Notes under the pieces: generated by a model
Told to the model about the DNA's origin: nothing
Databases searched by the model: none
The model's input: only the letters and a program-made list of their open reading frames with translations
NCBI GenBank assembly: GCA_028714675.1
Contig: JAQTLV010000005.1
Coordinates: 3,475-67,474 of the forward strand
Direction of reading: 5' to 3'
Origin: Sulfurovaceae bacterium
GTDB taxonomy: Bacteria > Campylobacterota > Campylobacteria > Campylobacterales > Sulfurovaceae
Length of the DNA stretch: 64,000 nt
Program-made: the position numbers and the translations under genes
Shown: one piece after another, positions 55,394 to 61,913 of the stretch
How the letters are laid out: each line of letters opens with the position of its first letter
How positions within the stretch are numbered: position 1 is the stretch's first letter

Positions 55394-55807
55394 TCATTTT
55401 ATCCGATACCAAGTCTGTTTTCTGCCTATACTAAATGCGCCCCAGCCTATATAGCCTTTGACTATCATTTTATCACCATCTTCTATTAATGTTACTTTAT
55501 ATTCTTTATCATCTTTTGGATCAGTAATCGTTCCACCGCCATATGTTTTAGAGTCTTCTTTTTTTACATTTTTAATTACAATAACACCTACTAAACTTTT
55601 ATTTTTGTATTTACCTTCACAAACACTACAGACTTTTTCTCCAGTCAATACCTTTCGTATAGTTCCACTATAAACTCCAGCATTATTGGTAATAGCAACA
55701 AGTGATTTCTCTTTACCACTTTTTTCATCTACTGTTTTCCAAATTCCTACTATATCCCCAAAAAGCAAACTACACCCAACAAAAAGCAAAAGGGTCATTT
55801 TTTTCAT
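55394..55807 (-). CDS. DUF2147 domain periplasmic protein
   Basis: 137-aa ORF with a signal peptide. GIWKTVDEKSGKEKS...DPKDDKEYKVTL...VKGY.G....GRKQTWYRI matches the DUF2147 pattern. Confidence 0.78.
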   Translation of the reverse strand: MKKMTLLLFVGCSLLFGDIVGIWKTVDEKSGKEKSLVAITNNAGVYSGTIRKVLTGEKVCSVCEGKYKNKSLVGVIVIKNVKKEDSKTYGGGTITDPKDDKEYKVTLIEDGDKMIVKGYIGWGAFSIGRKQTWYRIK

Positions 55808-55834
55808 AACAATCCTCCAAAGTTAATATAAAAA

Positions 55835-55872
55835 ATTATAGCAGTTTTTTTTGTTTTTATTATAGAGTTTTT
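55835..55872. repeat. left boundary direct repeat (contains the TGcTATAAT promoter of the DUF2147 gene on the minus strand)
   Basis: ATTATAGCAGTTTTTTTTGTTTTTATTATAGAGTTTTT. The 16-nt core ATTATAGCAGTTTTTT and TAGAGTTTTT are shared with 58141-58177. Confidence 0.55.
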
Positions 55873-56025
55873 ACAACAGCCACACGCATCCATTTCATTT
55901 TGAGTCTTTGAGGTATCAAATGTGCCTGTTAACTTACCGCTGTTTGCTTGAACCTAGTCTGTTGTGGTGTTGGTGCGAAAAAATAGTTTACTCATTTTAT
56001 TTGTAGGATTTTACAGTTATCATTG

Positions 56026-56097
56026 TTACCTAACCCCTATGTCTGATTCGCCCAAATACTTTTTCAGTTCTTCGTTAAGTTTATTAATATCTGCCAT
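56026..56097 (-). pseudogene. 23-codon ORF, possible stub of a third cassette
   Basis: MADINKLNEELKKYLGESDIGVR. It is preceded by GAGGTAAAAATGG, the same RBS/start context as the 369-aa gene, 24 nt after the attC-like element. Confidence 0.25.
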
Positions 56098-56121
56098 TTT
56101 TACCTCATTTGAACATCTGTT

Positions 56122-56190
56122 ACATAACGTTTGAGTTGAGAAATATTTGAGCCGCAGGGTCAAATATTTCTCTCCAATGGTTTGTTATGT
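56122..56190 (-). repeat. attC-like imperfect palindrome 2
   Basis: In the gene sense it reads ACATAAC-AAACCATTGGA-GAGAAATATTTGA-CCCTGCGGC-TCAAATATTTCTC-AACTCAAAC-GTTATGT. It has a 13-bp perfect inner stem and 7-bp complementary ends containing AAC and GTT. It starts 2 nt after the stop codon of the 369-aa gene. Confidence 0.6.
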
Positions 56191-56192
56191 GT

Positions 56193-57302
56193 TTAATAGT
56201 CTGCATTTTCAATCATATCTCTATAACTTTGTTCGGCATGAATAAAGTCTTGAAAGTTCTCAATATCATCAAGATATGAAGACACTCTATTAAAAAAATC
56301 ATCTGAAAATGATAACGACAATCCACTTTCTGCATATTTCCATGCAAATTGAGAAGATTCATACTCAAGCCAATTATCTATCTTATCAAATTGCTCGCAC
56401 AACTCTTCATATTTAATATCATCCGTAGGTACAAAATTAAAGTGTGGACTATCTTTAAATTTTGATAGGTTTGCAGGTATCATACCAGCATTATCAAGTT
56501 GAAAATAAAATGGTTCACCATTTTTACTGAACATACCATGAGAAAATGTATTTCTATATTTTTCTTTTATAATATTGATTTCATCGTAAAATAGTTTATT
56601 TTCTTGTATATTTAATGGAAATATGATCTTAAATTTTTCAGAAAAATCTTTTTTATAAAAATCATAAATATTAATTGTTCTATCTGTATTAAAAAATAAA
56701 CAATAAGCTAAAAAATGTTCAAAACGGCTAAAATAAGCTTCTATCATGGAAAAAGTATTATAAAATCCAGTATTGTTTTTTGTCATCATAGTATTTAAAA
56801 AGCTTGACATATCATCTATATTAAAATCAGGTTCTCTTTTGCCATAAATTTTATTTGCTTCTTCTTTGAAATGATAATACATATTTGACAACATATTGAA
56901 ATGATTTGAAATTGTTAAATTACCATATTGCATTTGTTCTTTTGCATAATCTTGTAATATTTTTTTCTCGATATAATTGACAGCTTTATTGATTTTCTTA
57001 ATTATATTTTCATAGTTATCTTTATTCTCAAGATAAAATCTTAATCCAAACTTTTCTAAAGCAACTGCACATTTTGTATTATCATAAGAAAAATACAAAA
57101 TCCAATGCATTTTATCGTATCTGTATCCTAATTTATATTGCATTACTTTGTTTAACAAAAAAAATATAAGCTGTGGAATAGGAAGAGATTCTCTTTCTAC
57201 TTTTACTCTAGTTTCATTTTGATAAATATTTGATTCATCACTATGTGCAAATCCATTTAAAATTTTTTTTATAGCATTAATATGGGTTTCTGATATTTCC
57301 AT
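56193..57302 (-). CDS. hypothetical 369-aa protein with RNxxxH (HEPN-like) motif
   Basis: The ATG at 57302 is preceded by GAAGAGGTAAAA. YRNTFSHG (R250-H255) is encoded at 56538-56555. I recognise no other family. The first 50 codons of the track ORF overlap the upstream gene and the attC-like element and are discounted. Confidence 0.7.
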   Translation of the reverse strand: MEISETHINAIKKILNGFAHSDESNIYQNETRVKVERESLPIPQLIFFLLNKVMQYKLGYRYDKMHWILYFSYDNTKCAVALEKFGLRFYLENKDNYENIIKKINKAVNYIEKKILQDYAKEQMQYGNLTISNHFNMLSNMYYHFKEEANKIYGKREPDFNIDDMSSFLNTMMTKNNTGFYNTFSMIEAYFSRFEHFLAYCLFFNTDRTINIYDFYKKDFSEKFKIIFPLNIQENKLFYDEINIIKEKYRNTFSHGMFSKNGEPFYFQLDNAGMIPANLSKFKDSPHFNFVPTDDIKYEELCEQFDKIDNWLEYESSQFAWKYAESGLSLSFSDDFFNRVSSYLDDIENFQDFIHAEQSYRDMIENADY

Positions 57303-57314
57303 TTTTACCTCTTC

Positions 57315-57388
57315 ACATAACGTTTGAAATGACCAATAAAAAAAACCCGTGGGCGGCTTTTTGATTGGTCTCCTTTGGTTTGCTATAC
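57315..57388 (-). repeat. attC-like imperfect palindrome 1
   Basis: On the plus strand it reads ACATAACGTTTGAaat-GACCAAT-(26-nt partly self-pairing loop)-ATTGGTC-TCCTTTGGTTTGCTATAC. The flanks are conserved with element 2 (13 of 13 on the left, about 15 of 20 on the right). It overlaps the TAG stop of the DUF4145 gene by 1 nt. Confidence 0.55.
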
Positions 57389-58011
57389 TAGGTGTCTCTC
57401 GTAATGATTGCATCTTTTTTGTCGTCAGGTAAAGTATCATATAGAGCGGCAATTTCTTTCGGTTGTGTAATCATTACGTGGGCAATTAGATTGATTAATT
57501 CAAAAAGTTTATGTGCTATTTCTTGATTGTCTTTTAAATCAATTTGTCCTGGATGTACCGCATCATTTCCTACTACTCTTACAATGTCTAAAGCTTTTTG
57601 AATTGTAGGTGGCAGTCCTTTCTGCACTAAACTTGCAATATCGCTATTGATATTTTTTCCACTTTCTCCCAGTTGCTTACACAATTTTTGTATTGCTAAC
57701 CTTAATAAGGCAGCAGCTCCTCTTGGAGACTTATTAACTATGGTGGCAGCTTCTGAATAGTCATTAATGATATCTTGTTCCAAATCAGTATTCGGCGGCT
57801 GAATGCCAGTGGTTTCAGGATATATCATCTTTTCATCTAGCCAAATTGAAAAGTTATTACAATGAGTGCAGAAAGCAATTTTTTCCCTTGGCATATTGCT
57901 ATAGCCTCCACGATAGTAAAATGCATCCGTCCAAATCTGGTGAGAAAATGCATTACAGTATGGGCAATTAAAGCTAGTTTTCTTGAATGCTGGCGGAACT
58001 ATTTTATGCAT
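57388..58011 (-). CDS. Zn-ribbon + DUF4145 domain protein
   Basis: 207 aa from the ATG at 58011, with an N-terminal CPYC-x28-CTHC zinc ribbon. The C-terminal PRGAAALLRLAIQKL...DIVRVVGNDAVHPG matches my memory of the DUF4145 signature (R..GN.A.H). Confidence 0.7.
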   Translation of the reverse strand: MHKIVPPAFKKTSFNCPYCNAFSHQIWTDAFYYRGGYSNMPREKIAFCTHCNNFSIWLDEKMIYPETTGIQPPNTDLEQDIINDYSEAATIVNKSPRGAAALLRLAIQKLCKQLGESGKNINSDIASLVQKGLPPTIQKALDIVRVVGNDAVHPGQIDLKDNQEIAHKLFELINLIAHVMITQPKEIAALYDTLPDDKKDAIITRDT

Positions 58012-58140
58012 ATCTTTTCTTTGAAATTTTAGGGTCAGGTGATGAAAATAAACCACTACTCATAACTTTTCCTTGCTTTTGGACTCACTCCAAGATATCT
58101 TGCTATATCTGCTTGTTTATATCTATCATTTTATGCTTTT

Positions 58141-58177
58141 ATTATAGCAGTTTTTTGGGATTTTGTAGAGTTTTTTT
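58141..58177. repeat. right boundary direct repeat (second copy of the TGcTATAAT box, facing into the island)
   Basis: ATTATAGCAGTTTTTTGGGATTTTGTAGAGTTTTTTT. Confidence 0.55.
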
Positions 58178-58264
58178 AAAAAGATAAAAGTGGAAGTTCA
58201 ACGCCTGAACCGTAAAAATAGAGTGTGGTGAAACTACCCCAAGGGGGGGGATAGTTGAGTAGTT

Positions 58265-60142
58265 TTATTCTACCTCTGCGTCGATGACATCGTCATCTTT
58301 TGGAGTGCTTGAGCCTTCAGCAGCAGCACCGCCTTGCTCTTTTGCATAAAGTGCTTCAGCTAATTTATGGCTTTTTTCTGTTAAAGTTTTTACTTTAGCT
58401 TCTATTTCCTCTTTTGTTGCATTGTCATTTTTAAGTGTAGTTTCCAAATCACTTATAGCCTCTTCTATGTTTGCTTTTTCTGTTGCATCAAAATTTTCAC
58501 CAAGTTCACCCATAGATTTTCTAGTTTGATGAATCAAAGCATCTGCTTGATTTTTTATTTCAACCAAAGCTTTTCTTTGCTCATCTTCTGCTTTATGTGC
58601 TTCAGCATCTGCTACCATTTTTGATATTTCTTCATCGCTAAGTCCAGACGAACCAGTGATTTTAATCTCTTGTGATTTACCAGTACCTTTGTCAAGGGCT
58701 GATACTGTCAAGATTCCATTTGCATCTATATCAAATGTAACTTCGATTTGAGGAACTCCTCTAGGAGCTGCTGGAATATCTCTAAGTTCAAACATACCAA
58801 GAGATTTATTGTCTTTTGCAAATTCTCTTTCACCTTGAAGTACATGGATGCTAACTGCTGGTTGATTATCTTCTGCAGTTGAAAATACTTGTGACTTTTT
58901 AGCAGGTATAGTTGTACCTTTTTCTATAATCTTAGTAGTAACTCCACCTAGAGTTTCAATCCCAAGACTAAGTGGTGTAACATCAAGAAGCAATACATCT
59001 TTAACATCACCAGCTAGTACTCCACCTTGAATTGCAGCACCAAGCGCAACAACTTCATCTGGATTTACTGATTTATTGAGATCTTTACCAAAGAATTTTT
59101 TAACTTCTTCTTGAACAAGTGGTACACGAGTTGATCCTCCAACCATTACCACTTCGTTAATATCGCCTTTTTTAACACCTGCATCTTTTAAAACGCTTTC
59201 TATCGTTTTGATTGTATTTGCAACCAAATCAGAAATCAATGATTCAAATTTTGCTCTTGTAACTTTCATAACAAGGTGTTTTGGACCACTTGCATCTGCT
59301 GTGATAAACGGTAAGTTTATCTCTGTTTCAGTTGCACTAGAGAGCTCTTTTTTTGCATTTTCTGCTGCATCTTTTAATCTTTGAAGAGCCATTACATCGC
59401 TTTTTATGTCAACTCCAGTTTCATTTTTAAATTCGCTTGCAACAAAGTCAATAAGTCTATTGTCAAAGTCATCACCACCCAAAAATGCATCACCACCTGT
59501 TGCCATAACCTCTACTACATTATCGCCTGTCTCCAAGGTTGTAACATCAAATGTACCACCACCCAAATCATAAACAACGATTTGCTCTGCATTTTTCTTA
59601 TCCAATCCATAAGAAAGTGCGGCTGATGTTGGTTCATTTATAATACGAAGAACATTAAGACCTGCTATTGTTCCAGCCTCTTTGGTTGCTTTTCTTTGTG
59701 CATCATTAAAATAAGCAGGAACAGTAATAACTGCATCTGTTATCTTCTCTCCAAGATAAGCTTCTGCATCCTCTTTTAGTTTCATTAAAACTTTTGCAGA
59801 AATCTCTTGAGGAGTATAAGTTTTACCAGCAACCTCGATAGCACAAGCTCCATTTCTATCAATAATATGATATGGAAGTCTCGTTTTTGCCTCTTTTGCT
59901 TTTGGCTCATCACACATTAGACCCATAATTCTTTTTATAGAGTATATTGTTTTTTCAGGATTTGTAACTGCTTGTCTTTTTGCAGTATCTCCAACTAAAA
60001 TTTCACCTTTATCTGTAAAAGCAACAACTGATGGAGTTGTATTTTTACCTTCTTTATTTACAATTATTTTTGCTTCACCATGGTCAAATATTGCCATAGC
60101 TGAATTTGTAGTACCTAAGTCTATTCCTAATACTTTTGCCAT
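58265..60142 (-). CDS. dnaK: molecular chaperone DnaK (Hsp70)
   Basis: 625-aa ORF with [17 protein letters not shown] and the other canonical Hsp70 signatures. Confidence 0.98.
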   Translation of the reverse strand: MAKVLGIDLGTTNSAMAIFDHGEAKIIVNKEGKNTTPSVVAFTDKGEILVGDTAKRQAVTNPEKTIYSIKRIMGLMCDEPKAKEAKTRLPYHIIDRNGACAIEVAGKTYTPQEISAKVLMKLKEDAEAYLGEKITDAVITVPAYFNDAQRKATKEAGTIAGLNVLRIINEPTSAALSYGLDKKNAEQIVVYDLGGGTFDVTTLETGDNVVEVMATGGDAFLGGDDFDNRLIDFVASEFKNETGVDIKSDVMALQRLKDAAENAKKELSSATETEINLPFITADASGPKHLVMKVTRAKFESLISDLVANTIKTIESVLKDAGVKKGDINEVVMVGGSTRVPLVQEEVKKFFGKDLNKSVNPDEVVALGAAIQGGVLAGDVKDVLLLDVTPLSLGIETLGGVTTKIIEKGTTIPAKKSQVFSTAEDNQPAVSIHVLQGEREFAKDNKSLGMFELRDIPAAPRGVPQIEVTFDIDANGILTVSALDKGTGKSQEIKITGSSGLSDEEISKMVADAEAHKAEDEQRKALVEIKNQADALIHQTRKSMGELGENFDATEKANIEEAISDLETTLKNDNATKEEIEAKVKTLTEKSHKLAEALYAKEQGGAAAEGSSTPKDDDVIDAEVE

Positions 60143-60172
60143 TTATATTTCCTTTTTTTATTTTTTTACTAA

Positions 60173-60198
60173 TTATAACGCCAACAGAGCAAAGCTCT
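60173..60198. repeat. 26-nt direct repeat, copy 1, in the grpE-dnaK spacer
   Basis: TTATAACGCCAACAGAGCAAAGCTCT. On the minus strand it contributes TTGGCGTTATAAT about 30 nt upstream of the dnaK ATG. Confidence 0.8.
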
Positions 60199-60250
60199 TT
60201 TTGGCTACGCTAACCGCTGAGACACTAAAGCTTCGGCTAAAGCCTCAGAT

Positions 60251-60276
60251 TTATAACGCCAACACAGCATTGCTCT
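60251..60276. repeat. 26-nt direct repeat, copy 2 (overlaps the grpE stop codon)
   Basis: TTATAACGCCAACACAGCATTGCTCT, 78 nt from copy 1. Confidence 0.8.
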
Positions 60277-60817
60277 ATTTTGCAGTGCTTACCATTGCTG
60301 GGCGGAGAACTTGATCTTTCATACTATAACCCTTTTGTAGGATTTGTACAATTTCACCGCTTTGTTTTTCTTCATGCTCAACTTGCATAATTGCTTGATG
60401 AACATCTGGGTTAAAGCATCCCTCGCACTCTATCTCGCTAATGCCATGTTTTTCTAAAACTTTTTTGAGCTGTTCGTAGGTTTTTAAGATGCCTTCTTTG
60501 ATTTTTTCCAATACTTCAGATTGCTCATCTGAGTTGGCAATATCAATAGATGCAATAGCACCATCGAATGAATCCATAACACTAAGCAAATCTTTTGCGA
60601 AACTACTGTTTGCGTAAGTTACCGCAGTTATTTTATCTTTTTCAAGACGCTTTTTTGTATTTTCAAAATCAGCATAAGCTCTTAAATATTTATCTTTATA
60701 CTCCTGAACTTCATTTTGAAGCAGAGAAAGTTCGTCCGTAACACCAGTTTGTTCGGCTTCACTTATTTCTACCTCTTCATTTATTTGTTCAGAAGTTTCT
60801 TTTTCTTCTTTAGACAA
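60275..60817 (-). CDS. grpE: nucleotide exchange factor GrpE
   Basis: 180-aa ORF with an acidic N-terminus, a coiled coil (YLRAYADFENTKKR) and a C-terminal beta domain. The TTG start is preceded by a strong AAGGAGG. Confidence 0.92.
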   Translation of the reverse strand: MSKEEKETSEQINEEVEISEAEQTGVTDELSLLQNEVQEYKDKYLRAYADFENTKKRLEKDKITAVTYANSSFAKDLLSVMDSFDGAIASIDIANSDEQSEVLEKIKEGILKTYEQLKKVLEKHGISEIECEGCFNPDVHQAIMQVEHEEKQSGEIVQILQKGYSMKDQVLRPAMVSTAK

Positions 60818-60879
60818 ATAAGCCTCCTTGAATAAAAATTTATGGCAAGTTTTATTTGCTAAAAACTATGCTTAAAAGG

Positions 60880-60909
60880 ATTATACAACTTTGAGTTATT
60901 GTTTGTCAA
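60880..60909 (-). promoter_or_regulatory. near-consensus sigma-70-type promoter for grpE-dnaK
   Basis: The minus strand reads TTGACA, 18 nt, TATAAT. It lies about 60 nt upstream of the grpE start. Confidence 0.6.
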
Positions 60910-60910
60910 G
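60889..60910 (-). promoter_or_regulatory. HAIR-like (HspR-type) inverted repeat overlapping the -35 box
   Basis: The minus strand reads CTTGACA-AACAATA-ACTCAAA, compared with the HAIR consensus CTTGAGT-N7-ACTCAAG as I recall it. Confidence 0.45.
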
Positions 60911-61069
60911 TCTTATGTGAATTTTTTTATGTAATAAACTTTAGCTACTTTGACTAAACTTTATTTATATACTATAATAAATAATACATTTTTGAGAATA
61001 TATGTAATATATGTAATGATATTTGAAGCTATGTTAGTAATAAAAGTAAATATTGAGTGTGATTTGAAG

Positions 61070-61088
61070 TTGCCACACAAGGTGGCAA
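61070..61088 (-). terminator. hairpin downstream of rpsO
   Basis: ttgccac-acaag-gtggcaa, a 7-bp stem 14 nt after the rpsO stop. The U-tract is weak. Confidence 0.5.
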
Positions 61089-61101
61089 TAGAAAGTTTGA
61101 A

Positions 61102-61371
61102 TTAGTTTCTGATTCCTAGTGCATCTTTAACAGTATGCCATCTAGTGATATCAACATTTTTAAGATATCTCATCAATCTTCTTCTTTGACCAACTAATTT
61201 CAAAAGTCCAACTCTTGATGAGTGATCTTTTTTGTTAGTTTTAAGGTGTTCCGTTAGATAAGTAATTCTTTCTGTTAAAAGTGCTACTTGTACTTCTGTT
61301 GAACCTGTATCTTTTTCATTTTTAGCAAACTTAGAGATTATCTCTTGTTTTTTCGCCGTATCTAAAGCCAT
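61102..61371 (-). CDS. rpsO: 30S ribosomal protein S15
   Basis: MALDTAKKQEIISKFAKNEKDTGSTEVQVALLTERI... gives 89 aa from the ATG at 61371. The upstream extension in the ORF track is unlikely. Confidence 0.95.
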   Translation of the reverse strand: MALDTAKKQEIISKFAKNEKDTGSTEVQVALLTERITYLTEHLKTNKKDHSSRVGLLKLVGQRRRLMRYLKNVDITRWHTVKDALGIRN

Positions 61372-61502
61372 AATGACCTCCTGATTGGTATAAATTTTTA
61401 GAATGCAATTATATCTCAAGAAACTTATTTATTGGTTAAACAAAAAAGATAACTCTAAATAAAGTTATTTTAGAGTAAAATAGTCCTAATATAATTCAAG
61501 GA

Positions 61503-61913
61503 ATGGATATGCTACTAACTCGTGCTACAGAATATGCTTTATTATCTCTAGAAATAATTAAAAATGCAAAACACCCCATTGGCGTTGAATTTATAGCAAA
61601 TGAATTGAATATCCCAAAAAGTTTTTTGGCAAAAATCTTACAAAATTTAGCAAAAAGTGAGATTCTTGTCTCTAAAAAGGGTGCGAAGGGTGGTTTTATA
61701 TTGATTAAACCGATTAATGAAATTACTCTTTTTTCTATAGTAGTAGCAGCTGAGAGTAAGCATCCTACTGTTTTTGATTGTGCTCAATATGGAGAAACTT
61801 GTCCAAATGGCGCAATTGGTATGTGTGCCATCTCACCATTCATTGCTAAATTTCAATCCGAAGTAAATTCATTTTTAAAAAATATGACTTTAGGAGATAT
61901 ATTTGAGCAATAA
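61503..61913 (+). CDS. Rrf2-family transcriptional regulator
   Basis: 136-aa ORF with an N-terminal winged HTH (LTRATEYALLSL...SFLAKILQNLAKSEILVSKKGAKGGF). Cys residues in the C-terminal half (CAQYGETCPNG..C) could ligate a cluster. Confidence 0.85.
   Translation: MDMLLTRATEYALLSLEIIKNAKHPIGVEFIANELNIPKSFLAKILQNLAKSEILVSKKGAKGGFILIKPINEITLFSIVVAAESKHPTVFDCAQYGETCPNGAIGMCAISPFIAKFQSEVNSFLKNMTLGDIFEQ

Larger units (their letters stand above)
55835..58177 (-). mobile_element. putative ~2.3 kb inserted cassette-like island (no integrase or transposase present)
   Basis: It is bounded by imperfect direct repeats (55835-55872 and 58141-58177). It holds two accessory genes, each followed by an attC-like palindrome. 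Housekeeping or conserved genes lie on both sides. Confidence 0.45.

Noticed and set aside
55950-55985. tRNA-like fragments (GGTTCAAG and CACCA on the minus strand), considered as a possible tRNA-derived att site.
   Set aside because: The CACCA precedes the T-loop-like sequence instead of following it. No acceptor or T stems can be paired, so it is not a tRNA or a tRNA 3' half.
56028-56080. A possible third attC-like site (ACTTAAC...GTTAGGT, both matching the RYYYAAC and GTTRRRY consensus) inside the 23-codon stub ORF.
   Set aside because: It is only 53 nt long and has just a 4-bp internal stem (CTGA/TCAG). It shares no flanks with the two clear elements. A chance match to short degenerate consensus boxes is likely.
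57303-57452. A 50-codon N-terminal extension of the 369-aa gene in the ORF track (start at 57452), which would overlap the DUF4145 gene by 65 nt.
   Set aside because: The extension runs through the attC-like palindrome and the DUF4145 3' end, and its translation is nonsense-like. The ATG at 57302 has a good GAGG RBS at the correct spacing.
58066-58140. A frame reading NDRYKQADIARYLGVSPKARKSYE-stop (HTH-like, excisionase/Xre flavour) just inside the right island boundary.
   Set aside because: It has no start codon, and a stop lies immediately upstream. The HTH-like appearance coincides with a palindromic stretch. At best it is an unprovable gene remnant.
58195-58212. The small hairpin GTTCA-acgcc-TGAAC between dnaK and the island, considered as an additional attC-like box.
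   Set aside because: It has only a 5-bp stem, no AAC/GTT terminal boxes, and no similarity to the two clear elements. It is more likely part of the dnaK terminator region.
60173-60276. The grpE-dnaK spacer repeats considered as a miniature CRISPR array.
   Set aside because: There are only two copies, the repeats are imperfect, no cas genes are nearby, and the location is inside a chaperone operon. I saw no CRISPR-like array anywhere in the window.
60818-61101. A CIRCE element (HrcA operator) upstream of grpE.
   Set aside because: I found no TTAGCACTC-N9-GAGTGCTAA-like inverted repeat in the 284-nt upstream region. Only the HAIR-like repeat is present.
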